Source: Candidatus Chisholmbacteria bacterium RIFCSPHIGHO2_01_FULL_52_32 (GTDB taxonomy: Bacteria > Patescibacteriota > Microgenomatia > UBA1400 > Chisholmbacteraceae). From it: a stretch of DNA of 64,000 nucleotides. Made by a program: the position numbers and the translations under genes. Location of the stretch: the NCBI GenBank assembly GCA_001816585.1, contig MHCJ01000003.1:220228-284227 (forward strand), given 5' to 3'. Below are positions 45,121 through 53,659 of the stretch, piece after piece. Position 1 is the stretch's first letter; each line of letters opens with the position of its first letter. The notes below the pieces were generated by a model. The model had not been told where the DNA came from. It did no database searches and saw only the letters and a program-made list of their open reading frames with translations.

Positions 45121-45175
45121 GCGGAGAGTGGAGCAGCTGGTAGGACGCCCCGTGAGATAAAGAAGTTAAGCGTAT
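45121..45175 (+). pseudogene. tRNA 5'-half-like fragment
   Basis: GCGGAGAGTGGAGCAGCTGGTAGGAC resembles an acceptor strand plus D-arm. Anticodon/T arms are not recognisable downstream. Confidence 0.3.
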
Positions 45176-45189
45176 CACTATTACAATTT

Positions 45190-45264
45190 CGGAGCGTAGT
45201 TCATCGGTAGAACGCTCGGTTTGGGACCGAGAGGTAGTGGGTTCAATTCCCTCCGCTCCGACCA
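45190..45264 (+). tRNA. tRNA-Pro (anticodon TGG), CCA encoded
   Basis: CGGAGCG/CGCTCCG acceptor, GTTC/GAAC D-stem, CTCGG/CCGAG anticodon stem with loop TTTGGGA, GTGGG..CCCTC T-arm, ACCA 3' end. Confidence 0.85.
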
Positions 45265-45269
45265 ATTAA

Positions 45270-45410
45270 TTTTGGTGAGTAGAGCCAGTGTTCGAGTCTC
45301 GACCTCCAACATTGTATCTCACGGGGAGGTCCCGGGTTCGAATCCCGGCTCTCCGACATCGTATCTACCGGGGGGGTCGTCAGTTCAAATCTGACATCCC
45401 CGACATTGCT
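45270..45410 (+). other. array of three ~45-nt tRNA acceptor/T-arm minihelix-like units
   Basis: Unit 2 (45322-45358): CGGGGAG-GTC-CCGGG-TTCGAAT-CCCGG-CTCTCCG-ACA, where the 7-bp acceptor pairs and a T-arm is closed by a 3-nt linker. Unit 3 (45369-45405): CGGGGGG-GTC-GTCAG-TTCAAAT-CTGAC-ATCCCCG-ACA. Unit 1 (about 45270-45310) is degenerate. Each is preceded by tNgtatctNNc. Confidence 0.4.
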
Positions 45411-45434
45411 CATGCTTTGCTCAGTGTTATTGGC

Positions 45435-46421
45435 TCAAAGTCCCCGTTTTTCCCTTCGTATTTTTTCTATGAAATAGGTTATCCAATATCGGGGAGAGAG
45501 TACGTAGTCCTTTGCGTGAACGTACGTTTCCGCATACCCTCCGAATCCCTGTTTAAATAGAGTAATACCCGCCCATGGATGATTAGGTTCATTTTCCGGG
45601 GCAATACCCCAAAAGTTATAGCGTTTTAGGCCGCTCTTTTTTGCTTCACGGATAGCTTCCCATTGCAGCAGAGCGGACGCGGGGACGCTCGGGTACTTTT
45701 GGCTTGAGGCGCCGTGATGGTAAAAGGCGCTTCCGTTACTTTTGATTACCATTGCTCCCGAAACAATTTCCCGGTTGTACTTTGCAAAGAACCACATTGC
45801 CTGACCGTCTTTTCGGAAAACCTCAAATTCCGTTGTGAGGTACTGTTCGGAGAACGGGGTAAACCGCTGACGGTCGACGGTGGTTCCGTAGAGAGGGAAA
45901 AAACGTAGGCTGTGTTTCGGATTATCGCTTTGTATTATTCGGACGCCGTCTCTTTGGGCTTTACGGATTGAATATCGAGTCGTTTTTCGCATGCTTTTTA
46001 AAAGTTCCTCTTCACTTGGCCGTAAATCGAGAATCCAAGAACGCTCCGCATGCATATGGGTAGGAGCGTTGCGAAATCCAAGAGAAAGGAAGAGCTTTTC
46101 GTTGTCATCCGCGGCCTCCATCAGCGGGCTTACTCTCACGAACGAGCAATTTTCTTTTCTTGCGATCAGTTTCCCTTCACTGAGAAATTTTTTGATGTCT
46201 GTTTTTCTTTCCTCAAGCGACCGCGCTTTGAAGATCGGGCCGTGCGGACAAAAAAGAAATGTTCCCCGGCGGGCGGGGATTTTTATGAACAAGGCAACGG
46301 CAATGAGGCCATTCTTTTTGCTTATGCCTAAACGGAAGATTTTGTAGCCAAGTTTTTTATGGAATTCTCCCCAATTCCATGAATGCAGGAACGTGTTTGG
46401 GGCTTGGGATTCCATGAACAC
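45435..46421 (-). CDS. FemAB-family peptidoglycan interpeptide-bridge aminoacyltransferase
   Basis: 328 aa. FemAB/FemX-like pattern (two GNAT-like halves, ...SAFYHHGASS...). Confidence 0.75.
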   Translation of the reverse strand: MFMESQAPNTFLHSWNWGEFHKKLGYKIFRLGISKKNGLIAVALFIKIPARRGTFLFCPHGPIFKARSLEERKTDIKKFLSEGKLIARKENCSFVRVSPLMEAADDNEKLFLSLGFRNAPTHMHAERSWILDLRPSEEELLKSMRKTTRYSIRKAQRDGVRIIQSDNPKHSLRFFPLYGTTVDRQRFTPFSEQYLTTEFEVFRKDGQAMWFFAKYNREIVSGAMVIKSNGSAFYHHGASSQKYPSVPASALLQWEAIREAKKSGLKRYNFWGIAPENEPNHPWAGITLFKQGFGGYAETYVHAKDYVLSPRYWITYFIEKIRREKRGL

Positions 46422-46462
46422 TTCCCACTTCGATTTGGAATCAATTGGAGAGAGTGCCGTAG

Positions 46463-47695
46463 TCAGCGATACCTCCTCAAGTGGTTGATAATTGTCTGTG
46501 CGTCGTTTTCCGATATGTGGATGTGGGTCGGCAGATTGATCGATTGGCGACAGAGTTTTTCGGCAACCGGACAGCTACCCGGTTTATAACCCACCTTTCT
46601 TACGTTTACTCCGGCCGGTGCCACCGGAGTTTGGTACCAGTCCCCCAGCTCGATATGGTTTTGCCTCGCTTCCCTGATAATACGCGTTGCCATATTAGAA
46701 CGGACTGTATAACGAAGGTAGATGGGTTTTATGTTTTTCTTCTCGATCGGAAGCACGAGTTCACTGTTTTCCAGTTCCCTATTGTAGATCTTGGTGATTT
46801 TTCTTCGGTGCGCGTTAAAGCGCTCTAATTTTTGGAATTGGTGTAAGGCCAGAAGGGCAAGTGCATTGGGTATTTTTTTGTCTATGAAGGAGGGTTTCCG
46901 GCCCTGCTTTTCCAGTTCCTCCACCGCTTTTGAAAGCAGCGTCAATCGATACGCCAACCAGAGCAGTGCCTTTCCGAAGGAAAACATTTCGTACATCGGT
47001 TTTGCAACTGCCGTCATGGGAAGATGGCGGAGCTGCTTAAGAATCCAGTATCTTGATGGATACGGTAATGATTGCTGATACCGGCTTATTTTGAGAGCCA
47101 ACAAAGAGTTATTTGTCACGGCAACGCCGCCGAAAATTGAGGACAGCACTTTATCTCTTCCAAAGCTAAAAAAACCGGCGTCACCGAATGACCCGACAAG
47201 CTTTCCTTTGTACCTTGCGCCCATTGCGTGCGCGCAGTCCTCAATCACAAAAAGCTTATGTTTCTTCGCGAGTTTGAGAAGAGCATCCATTTCTGCAGGG
47301 TGGCCGAAGGTATGTTGGATAATGAGGACTTTGCTTCTCGCGGTGATCTTACGGGTGAGATCCGCCGGGGACATCGTAAAGGTTTGTTCTTCGCAGTCGA
47401 CGTACACGGGTGTTACCCCTGCCCAGATAACCGGGTCCGGTACCGCCACGCAGGTATAGGCTTGGAGTAATACCTCATCCTCTTTATTGAGGTTGAGCGA
47501 TGACAGAATAGCCAGGAGACAGGACCGTCCGCATGAGAATGCGAACGCATGTTTTATTGGTAACCAGTTTTTGAACGCGTTTTCAAGACTTACGGCTGCG
47601 CTGCCCGTGACCCATTTTCGGGGTGAGAAGAACGTTTTTATCGCGAGCACGATGTCATCTGTCTCTGCGTTCGGTGAAAGACTGGTAAAAATCAT
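46463..47695 (-). CDS. DegT/DnrJ/EryC1/StrS-family PLP-dependent sugar aminotransferase
   Basis: 410 aa. EDCAHAMGARYKGKLVGSFGDAGFFSF...K resembles the AAT I-fold sugar aminotransferase active-site region. Confidence 0.7.
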   Translation of the reverse strand: MIFTSLSPNAETDDIVLAIKTFFSPRKWVTGSAAVSLENAFKNWLPIKHAFAFSCGRSCLLAILSSLNLNKEDEVLLQAYTCVAVPDPVIWAGVTPVYVDCEEQTFTMSPADLTRKITARSKVLIIQHTFGHPAEMDALLKLAKKHKLFVIEDCAHAMGARYKGKLVGSFGDAGFFSFGRDKVLSSIFGGVAVTNNSLLALKISRYQQSLPYPSRYWILKQLRHLPMTAVAKPMYEMFSFGKALLWLAYRLTLLSKAVEELEKQGRKPSFIDKKIPNALALLALHQFQKLERFNAHRRKITKIYNRELENSELVLPIEKKNIKPIYLRYTVRSNMATRIIREARQNHIELGDWYQTPVAPAGVNVRKVGYKPGSCPVAEKLCRQSINLPTHIHISENDAQTIINHLRRYR

Positions 47696-48684
47696 CGCAG
47701 TCGTTTTGTTACCACCTTTTTCGTAACCTTGATGGATGTTGGGCCGCGGTCGGCAAGGATAATCGGATTTTGCAGGATATCCACACTTAACGTTTTGCCT
47801 CCGAATTTCAGAGGAATGTCACAGCCTATTGAACAAGCAATGCGGTCGCTTCCGACAAAACCGAACCTGCCTGATTTTGAAAATCTTCCGGTTGTCCGTA
47901 AGTTTTCTGCCGAAGGATCGACCGGAAGCCATCTCCCATCGGGAAGCAGGACTTCGGCCCAGGCGTGCATGGTGCTTTTCGGATAGCCCGCCCAAAAGCC
48001 GGAAACGAGGCGGGCGGGCAGATGTTGGGCAATACAGAAGCTTATAAACAAGGTGTTAAATCCCCCGCAATCCACGCTTGGCATCTCAAGGGCATCCAGG
48101 GACGTGTAAAGCCCTTCAATGGGATTTCCATAGGTCAGATGAGTTACCACATATCGGTTGAGTTTGCGGGCTATGAGGCGCGGATCGGTTTCTCCGCGAA
48201 CGATGGTTTTTGATAAAACTTTTATCCTGTTTGAGTTTGATTGAAGGTGTGTGCTCGGACGGAAGAAAAGCAATGCCTCTTTGGGAACGACTTTCGTGTG
48301 TTTGATGCCCGAAAGCCCGATCATTTCCACTTTCCTCGGTGAAACCTCCACTGCGGCGGTGAGGCTAAATCGTCGTGTTTCGTTGGACGCAAGGACTATG
48401 TTCCAACTTGCATACTCGTTTCCGAAGACATCATCTGTTCGGATGTCGGTCGGAATTGGCCGATATTTTGTCCCTGCTTGCCTTCTTTGGTACGGCGTCT
48501 CCAGAGGAACGGGGATTGAAACGGAAATGCTGTTTTTCCTCGCGGCCGTGTTTTTGACCGAGACTCTGAAGCGAAGCAGATAGGTTTGTTTTGTGGTGAA
48601 GAAAGACAGACCCAGTTTTTCCCGGGCCAGCGATATGTTTTTCTTGATGAACACTGAAGAGGATGAGCCCATTATTACCAGCAC
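47692..48684 (-). CDS. transglutaminase-like cysteine peptidase superfamily protein
   Basis: CGGFNTLFISFCIAQHLPARLVSGF...HAWAEVLLPDGRWLPVDP: Cys-His-Asp transglutaminase core. Confidence 0.65.
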   Translation of the reverse strand: MLVIMGSSSSVFIKKNISLAREKLGLSFFTTKQTYLLRFRVSVKNTAARKNSISVSIPVPLETPYQRRQAGTKYRPIPTDIRTDDVFGNEYASWNIVLASNETRRFSLTAAVEVSPRKVEMIGLSGIKHTKVVPKEALLFFRPSTHLQSNSNRIKVLSKTIVRGETDPRLIARKLNRYVVTHLTYGNPIEGLYTSLDALEMPSVDCGGFNTLFISFCIAQHLPARLVSGFWAGYPKSTMHAWAEVLLPDGRWLPVDPSAENLRTTGRFSKSGRFGFVGSDRIACSIGCDIPLKFGGKTLSVDILQNPIILADRGPTSIKVTKKVVTKRLR

Positions 48685-48909
48685 GTCGTCCGCTTATTCT
48701 ATCCTATTTAACAATCTACCGCCTCCATACCGATCGTTAAACGAGACAGCATTATTCAACTTCCTGGCTTGTGGAAATCGATCTGCGGACATCTGTTTTG
48801 TCTATCGGTCGGGCTGTGGTAAAATTTGGATGTCTCACGCGGGTATAGTTGAAAGGCTGGACGTCAAACGTCCCAGGCAATGCCACCCTTCCCCGCCTGC
48901 AGACGCTAT

Positions 48910-48980
48910 GCGGGATTAGTACAATGGTAGTACGCCACCCTTCCAAGGTGGATGTGCCAGTTCGATTCTGGTATCCCGCT
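48910..48980 (+). tRNA. tRNA-Gly (anticodon TCC)
   Basis: GCGGGAT/ATCCCGC acceptor, GTAC/GTAC D-stem, CCACC/GGTGG anticodon stem with loop CTTCCAA, GCCAG/CTGGT T-stem. TTGTCT-16 nt-TAAAAT promoter-like sequence ~45 nt upstream. Confidence 0.85.
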
Positions 48981-48994
48981 CAGAGCGTTGCATT

Positions 48995-49040
48995 GCGGGC
49001 AGGCAAGGTGGAGATGCGGGTTCGATTCCCGCTATCCGCT
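48995..49040 (+). other. internally deleted tRNA-Gly copy (acceptor 5' strand + anticodon-loop-to-3'-end half)
   Basis: GCGGGCA-G-GCAAGGTGG-AGAT-GCGGG-TTCGATT-CCCGC-TATCCGC-T. CAAGGTGG equals the 3' half of the tRNA-Gly(TCC) anticodon loop and stem. Lies 15 nt after the intact tRNA. Confidence 0.45.
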
Positions 49041-49067
49041 CATCTTGCCAAAAGGAGGATGAGCGAG

Positions 49068-49110
49068 GCTCGCCCCGCACAAGAGGCGGGCGGCCCGCTA
49101 CGGGCTTTTT
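49068..49110 (+). terminator. tandem GC hairpins plus T-run (intrinsic terminator)
   Basis: cgccccgcacaagaggcgggcg, then gcccgctacgggc followed by ttttt. Confidence 0.5.
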
Positions 49111-49162
49111 GGCGTAATTTAATGGATGGAGATACTTATTTTGGTATGCCAAAAAGGTGATT

Positions 49163-49234
49163 GCCCCTGTAGCTCAATGGATAGAGCACGCCCCTTCTAA
49201 GGGCAAGATGGAGGTTCGATTCCTCTCAGGGGTG
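49163..49234 (+). tRNA. tRNA-Arg (anticodon TCT)
   Basis: GCCCCTG/CAGGGGT acceptor (one GU), GCTC/GAGC D-stem, anticodon loop CTTCTAA on a 4-bp stem plus mismatch, GGAGG/CCTCT T-stem. Confidence 0.8.
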
Positions 49235-49339
49235 CAAGATAAAGTGAAAAGTTAAACCCATTCGACAAGCCCTTCGGCCGCGAGCTCAGGACCGAGTGGC
49301 TCAGAGCAAGAATGAAAAGTTAAAAGTTATCATACGTTT

Positions 49340-49528
49340 ATGGGATATGATGATCCGCTGACAGATGCCTATTACGATCGGAAGCTTGCCAACGATATCA
49401 AGTGGCAGGCTCAGCAAGCGACTCGTAAGGGCTATCATAAGGTTGCCAAAGAGCTTTGGGACGCGTACAATTCCCTTCTTTCTGAGGCTCACCTTGAAGA
49501 AGAGAAAGCGCGAGAAAAAAGCGAATGA
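49340..49528 (+). CDS. small hypothetical protein (62 aa)
   Basis: MGYDDPLTDAYYDRKLANDIKWQAQQATRKGYHKVAKELWDAYNSLLSEAHLEEEKAREKSE. Between two tRNAs, downstream of an AAAGTT-rich spacer. Confidence 0.3.
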   Translation: MGYDDPLTDAYYDRKLANDIKWQAQQATRKGYHKVAKELWDAYNSLLSEAHLEEEKAREKSE

Positions 49529-49531
49529 CAT

Positions 49532-49607
49532 GGTGGTCGTAGCTCAACGGTAGAGCGTCGCCCTGTGGAGGCGAATGTTGCGGGTTCGATTCCCGTCGGC
49601 CACCCCA
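49532..49607 (+). tRNA. tRNA-His (anticodon GTG) with encoded G-1 and CCA
   Basis: G-1 plus GTGGTCG/CGGCCAC acceptor, discriminator C, TCGCC/GGCGA anticodon stem with loop CTGTGGA. Confidence 0.9.
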
Positions 49608-49659
49608 AGGAAAAGGTCACGCCTCGCTGTCTATTCATCTTTTTTTATATGAAGCGGTT

Positions 49660-51282
49660 GTGAAGACTTTTTTCTCTTTCAAAAAGCGCTTTCCTATGCC
49701 TCTTCCATGGAAATTTCGGTTCAAGCTCGGTAGAAGGGCTTTGCTTCAGAAGCATGAACAATATCTTATCCTGATTCTCTTTTTCCTTGCGGTGCTGTTT
49801 CGTTTTATCCTGGTTCGCGACAACTCCGTTCATTTCTACTTTGATCAAGCGCGAGACGCTTACACTTCCCGCCATATTCTTGAGAAGAAAGATTTCAAGA
49901 TCCAGGGGCCCTCGGCCAGCGCAACGGATGATTCCGTTTATCACGGAGTTCTCTACTACTATCTTATTGGCCCAATTTATACCTTTTCCGGGGGAAACCC
50001 GGGAGCTGCTGTATCTTTCCTGATTGTTCTTACTTCTTCCGCTGTCGTGCCTATTTACCTTATTGCCAGAGGACTGTCAGGATCTATTATCGTTTCGCTT
50101 TTTTCTGCTGTCCTTTACGCTTTCTCGGCTGATGCTGCACAGATGGATTCTCAGCTTATCAATTCAAGCCTAGCCGGTGTGACGATGGCTTGGGTATATT
50201 ATTTTCTTTGGAGGGTATTTTTCGACGGCCAGACAAAGTACCTCCCTGCATTATTTCTCTTCCTGGGACTGACCCAGCAATCGGCGGTATTCTCTGTTTA
50301 TTTGTTCTGGAGCATTGCCGTTTTTTATTTTATACGGGCTCAAGAAAAGAACCGAGTTATCCTGTTTGAGGCAAAGACGTTCGTACGAGCTGCTGCGGTG
50401 TATTTCCTGGCAACGGCTAGCATGATTCTGACCCAAGTTCGCCTGTTTCAAGCCGGAATTTTTTCCCCGCAAAAAGTCCTTTCGGGGGTTCGATTCGATG
50501 TCGATGCAGCGGAAAAATTTTCCAATATTTTCAATTTCTACTTAAGGAAAATATCAAATGCCTTGTTCCCTTCCCTCCCAACAATTTCCTTATTCACTTT
50601 TTTTATCGCTTTTATTTGGTTTTTCTCACAGCGGAAGTACAGACATACAAGGCTTTTTTTAACGGTTTGGTTACTTGGCCCACTGTTTCTGTTCAGCTTT
50701 GCCTTCCGGGATCATTACCACACCATGGTCGGGATTCTTCCTTCCATCTTTATTATCCTTTCCATTGCGCTTTCCGTCCTTACAAAGACTGGGATTGGTA
50801 AAATCCTGGTCGCATCATTTTTTTTCCTTTTTCTTTTGTCTAATTTTACTGTGCTTAACACCTATCGCCGGCAACAGTTCGACGATCTGTCGGTCCAGAA
50901 AGGTGCGTACCTTCAGAGACAGATTAATCTGATTGATCGAACGTACAAGATTGCTTTCGGAAAGCCTTTTTCCATTTCTTCCCTCACCGCTCCGCACGGA
51001 TACGGCACCACCTGGGCGTACCTTTATGATTGGTATGGGCTTAAAAAGTATGGCTATAAACCATACTGGTTTGGGGGGTCCCAGGTCGGTATCCCGGCGG
51101 GAGAGCTACTGGAGCGGGTTGAGAAGCCTTCCGATCTTCACTTTACCATTTATGAACCGGACCCGGGCACCATCGAATTTCACCGTTTACAGTTCATTCA
51201 GCTTCAGAACGATTATATGGGGTCCCCGTCGGCAGACTATCGGTTCGGGCGTCTTCAGCTTGAGCAGCGGGACCGGTATTGA
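49660..51282 (+). CDS. GT-C-fold glycosyltransferase-like polytopic membrane protein (ArnT/PMT-like)
   Basis: 540 aa, >10 TM. N-terminal FDQARDAY loop motif. Size and topology match the ArnT/PMT family. Confidence 0.55.
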   Translation: MKTFFSFKKRFPMPLPWKFRFKLGRRALLQKHEQYLILILFFLAVLFRFILVRDNSVHFYFDQARDAYTSRHILEKKDFKIQGPSASATDDSVYHGVLYYYLIGPIYTFSGGNPGAAVSFLIVLTSSAVVPIYLIARGLSGSIIVSLFSAVLYAFSADAAQMDSQLINSSLAGVTMAWVYYFLWRVFFDGQTKYLPALFLFLGLTQQSAVFSVYLFWSIAVFYFIRAQEKNRVILFEAKTFVRAAAVYFLATASMILTQVRLFQAGIFSPQKVLSGVRFDVDAAEKFSNIFNFYLRKISNALFPSLPTISLFTFFIAFIWFFSQRKYRHTRLFLTVWLLGPLFLFSFAFRDHYHTMVGILPSIFIILSIALSVLTKTGIGKILVASFFFLFLLSNFTVLNTYRRQQFDDLSVQKGAYLQRQINLIDRTYKIAFGKPFSISSLTAPHGYGTTWAYLYDWYGLKKYGYKPYWFGGSQVGIPAGELLERVEKPSDLHFTIYEPDPGTIEFHRLQFIQLQNDYMGSPSADYRFGRLQLEQRDRY

Positions 51283-51694
51283 TTGAAGGTTCACCGATAC
51301 CCGGTGTATTGGTGGGTTTTTGCGGTGGTTGAGAAGGTCTGTCATTCGTATCCGTTTCCGATTGGATTATGTTTGATTTGAACTTGGAGCGGCGGATGAT
51401 GCCGATTACGCTCCCAAGGGTTAAGCCGGGTAACAGTTCTTTTCCTTCGTACAGCGCTTTTTTGTCTTCGAGCTGTTTAATAAGGTCCGTGAGGTCATCT
51501 GCGACGGAGATCGCGCGCGTCAGCTCCTCGTATTTTGAGATTTTCGTGCGGGCGAAGTGGGCGTATTCATAGAACAGGAGGATGAGGCCGAGAAGGATAA
51601 GGACGGCAAGGAGCATACCTTTCTGGGTGGCGTCACCGGCTATGAAGACAAAAAGACTGTAGGTGACAACAAGGACTGCGATCACCGCTTTCAT
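51194..51694 (-). CDS. hypothetical membrane protein
   Basis: 166 aa, two N-terminal TMs, Pro/Thr-rich tail. Overlaps the convergent GT-C gene's 3' end by ~90 nt. Confidence 0.3.
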   Translation of the reverse strand: MKAVIAVLVVTYSLFVFIAGDATQKGMLLAVLILLGLILLFYEYAHFARTKISKYEELTRAISVADDLTDLIKQLEDKKALYEGKELLPGLTLGSVIGIIRRSKFKSNIIQSETDTNDRPSQPPQKPTNTPGIGEPSINTGPAAQAEDARTDSLPTGTPYNRSEAE

Positions 51695-51996
51695 AGAAGT
51701 TTTTTTGTTGTTTCCTCCTCCTTCTTTTCAAGTTGATGTTCCAGCTCTTCTAAGCGCTCGGAAAAGCGTTTTTTTGTTTCTTCAAGATCCGCTTTAAGCT
51801 GTCTTTCCTGATAGAAAGCAGTAATGGCAACAACGCCCGTGAGGAAGAAGAAGGTTTCAGCCAATGTTCTTTTCCCGAAGAACAAGAATGCGAGCCCGCC
51901 CGCAACAACCGCGACAATAAGCATTACCCGACGATTCGGCATTTTTATCGCCTTCTGTATAAAAGCGTAGACCGTTTCGCTGAATTTGGCAAGCAA
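51691..51996 (-). CDS. hypothetical membrane/coiled-coil protein
   Basis: 101 aa, two TM helices and a C-terminal EEL-rich coiled coil. Confidence 0.35.
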   Translation of the reverse strand: MLAKFSETVYAFIQKAIKMPNRRVMLIVAVVAGGLAFLFFGKRTLAETFFFLTGVVAITAFYQERQLKADLEETKKRFSERLEELEHQLEKKEEETTKKLL

Positions 51997-51999
51997 ACG

Positions 52000-52242
52000 C
52001 TACGGAGTAACTTCAAAGAGCGTCATAATAATTCCTTTCAGTTCGACCCTTACGGGTCTGAAGCCCATGAATGCCTCTCCGGTCGGGACAATTTCAACAC
52101 TTGGATCCAGGTGGACTAACTCTGCATCGAGGCTTGGTCCGGAGAGGAGCAAGCGAGCCGATTTATTTTCATACGACACAGCTCTCGGTTGACTTTCTGA
52201 AGATCCCATGTATGTTTTGGCTTCTTTATTGCGAATACACAA
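52000..52242 (-). CDS. hypothetical small protein
   Basis: 80 aa. No family recognised. Directly upstream (on the minus strand) of the two small membrane proteins; the GspE-like ATPase lies further upstream. Confidence 0.3.
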   Translation of the reverse strand: MCIRNKEAKTYMGSSESQPRAVSYENKSARLLLSGPSLDAELVHLDPSVEIVPTGEAFMGFRPVRVELKGIIMTLFEVTP

Positions 52243-52340
52243 AAAACCAGAGCGCTTCCTTCGACAAGCTCAGGATAAATAGGCTCTGGGAATTAATCCT
52301 ACTTTTACGAGGCAGGCCGTGTCAATACGACGATTTTCCT

Positions 52341-53621
52341 CTAGGTCTTTCGGATGCTGTTACGGAGCACCTCCTCCGGAGTTGTAATACCTTGTTCGCA
52401 CTTTTCCAGGCCGTCCCGGAAAAGTGAGATAAAGCCTTCTTTCTGAAGCGTGTCGCGGAGGATGTCCTCGTTGGCTTTGGCACGGATAAGGTCCCTCATC
52501 CTTGCAGTCATCGTCAGTACTTCATAGATTCCGGTTCGTCCCTGGTAGCCAAGGTCCTGGCAGGAAAGACAGCCTTTTCCCTTGACGAGTTTTTTCGGAG
52601 GTCTGCCAAGAATTTTCTGAAACAGGTCCAATTCCTGAGGAGAAGCCTGGTACTCGGCATTGCACTCCGGACATACTCTCCTGACCAGCCGCTGGGCAAC
52701 GATTCCCAATATGGAGGAGTTTAAAAGGTAGGTTTCAATGCCGAGGTCAAGCAGTCGAAAAAGGGCGCCGACCGCATCTCCGGCATGGATGGTTGAGAGG
52801 ACAAGTTGTCCGGTAAGGCCGGATTCGACGGCGATTTCGGCTGTTTCTTTGTCACGAATCTCTCCAACCAGGATAATATCGGGACTTAACCGGACGATCG
52901 TCCGTAAACCCTCTGCGAAGCTGAACCCGGCCTCTGCGTTTGTCTGCATCTGATTGACTCCCGGGAGCTGAAATTCCACGGGATCTTCAATGGTCATGAT
53001 ATTGTAGTTCTGATTGAGGTTGATTTTTGAAATGGTTGAGTACAAGGTTGTTGTTTTTCCGCATCCCGTTGGGCCGCAGACAAGAATCAGGCCGCTCCTG
53101 GCATTGAGCATTTCCTGATAGTTTTGGTAGGCTTGGGCGTTGAACCCCAGTTCGGAGAGTTCCATGATAATGGTTCGCTTCTCGTGAATACGTATGACGA
53201 TCACTTCTCCGTGGACGGTCTGCGCAATTTCAACCCGAAGATTTACTGCTCTTCCCTCGATGTCCAAAGACAACTGACCTTCCTGGATTTTCCTTTTTTC
53301 CGTAGGATCAAGCTTTGCCAGGATCTTGATGCGGGAGGACACTTCCGGGTAGTCATCGTGGGTGATCTCGCCGAGCTCGTAGAATACTCCGTCGATCTTT
53401 GCCCTGATCCGAACGACCGCCTTCATCGGCTCTATTAGGAGATCTGAAGCCTGAAGCGAGGCGGACTCGCGCAGTAGCGTGTTCACGAACGGAATCGCAT
53501 CAATTGGAGATTGGGCAAACGCATCCCGCAAGAAGCGGGTTGAGACCTTCTGTGGGGTTTGGGGTTCGGTGGGCAAGGTCTTGGTCATTGAGGGCTTCTT
53601 TGACCAGGTTAACATAGCCAA
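52341..53621 (-). CDS. GspE/PilB-family secretion ATPase lacking the N-terminal GspII domain
   Basis: 426 aa. Walker A VCGPTGCGKTTTLYS, Asp/His boxes, C-terminal CPEC...CLSC tetra-Cys. Confidence 0.8.
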   Translation of the reverse strand: MAMLTWSKKPSMTKTLPTEPQTPQKVSTRFLRDAFAQSPIDAIPFVNTLLRESASLQASDLLIEPMKAVVRIRAKIDGVFYELGEITHDDYPEVSSRIKILAKLDPTEKRKIQEGQLSLDIEGRAVNLRVEIAQTVHGEVIVIRIHEKRTIIMELSELGFNAQAYQNYQEMLNARSGLILVCGPTGCGKTTTLYSTISKINLNQNYNIMTIEDPVEFQLPGVNQMQTNAEAGFSFAEGLRTIVRLSPDIILVGEIRDKETAEIAVESGLTGQLVLSTIHAGDAVGALFRLLDLGIETYLLNSSILGIVAQRLVRRVCPECNAEYQASPQELDLFQKILGRPPKKLVKGKGCLSCQDLGYQGRTGIYEVLTMTARMRDLIRAKANEDILRDTLQKEGFISLFRDGLEKCEQGITTPEEVLRNSIRKT

Positions 53622-53659
53622 AACCTCGGGTCAATTCAAAAGCAGGATCCCTTAATGGA

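Noticed and set aside
48593-49160. Track ORFs 48593..48919 and 48849..49160 (including an AAGGAGG-ATG 35-codon frame at 49052)
   Set aside because: They run through tRNA-Gly(TCC), its 3'-half copy and the terminator hairpins. The SD abuts the ATG with zero spacing.
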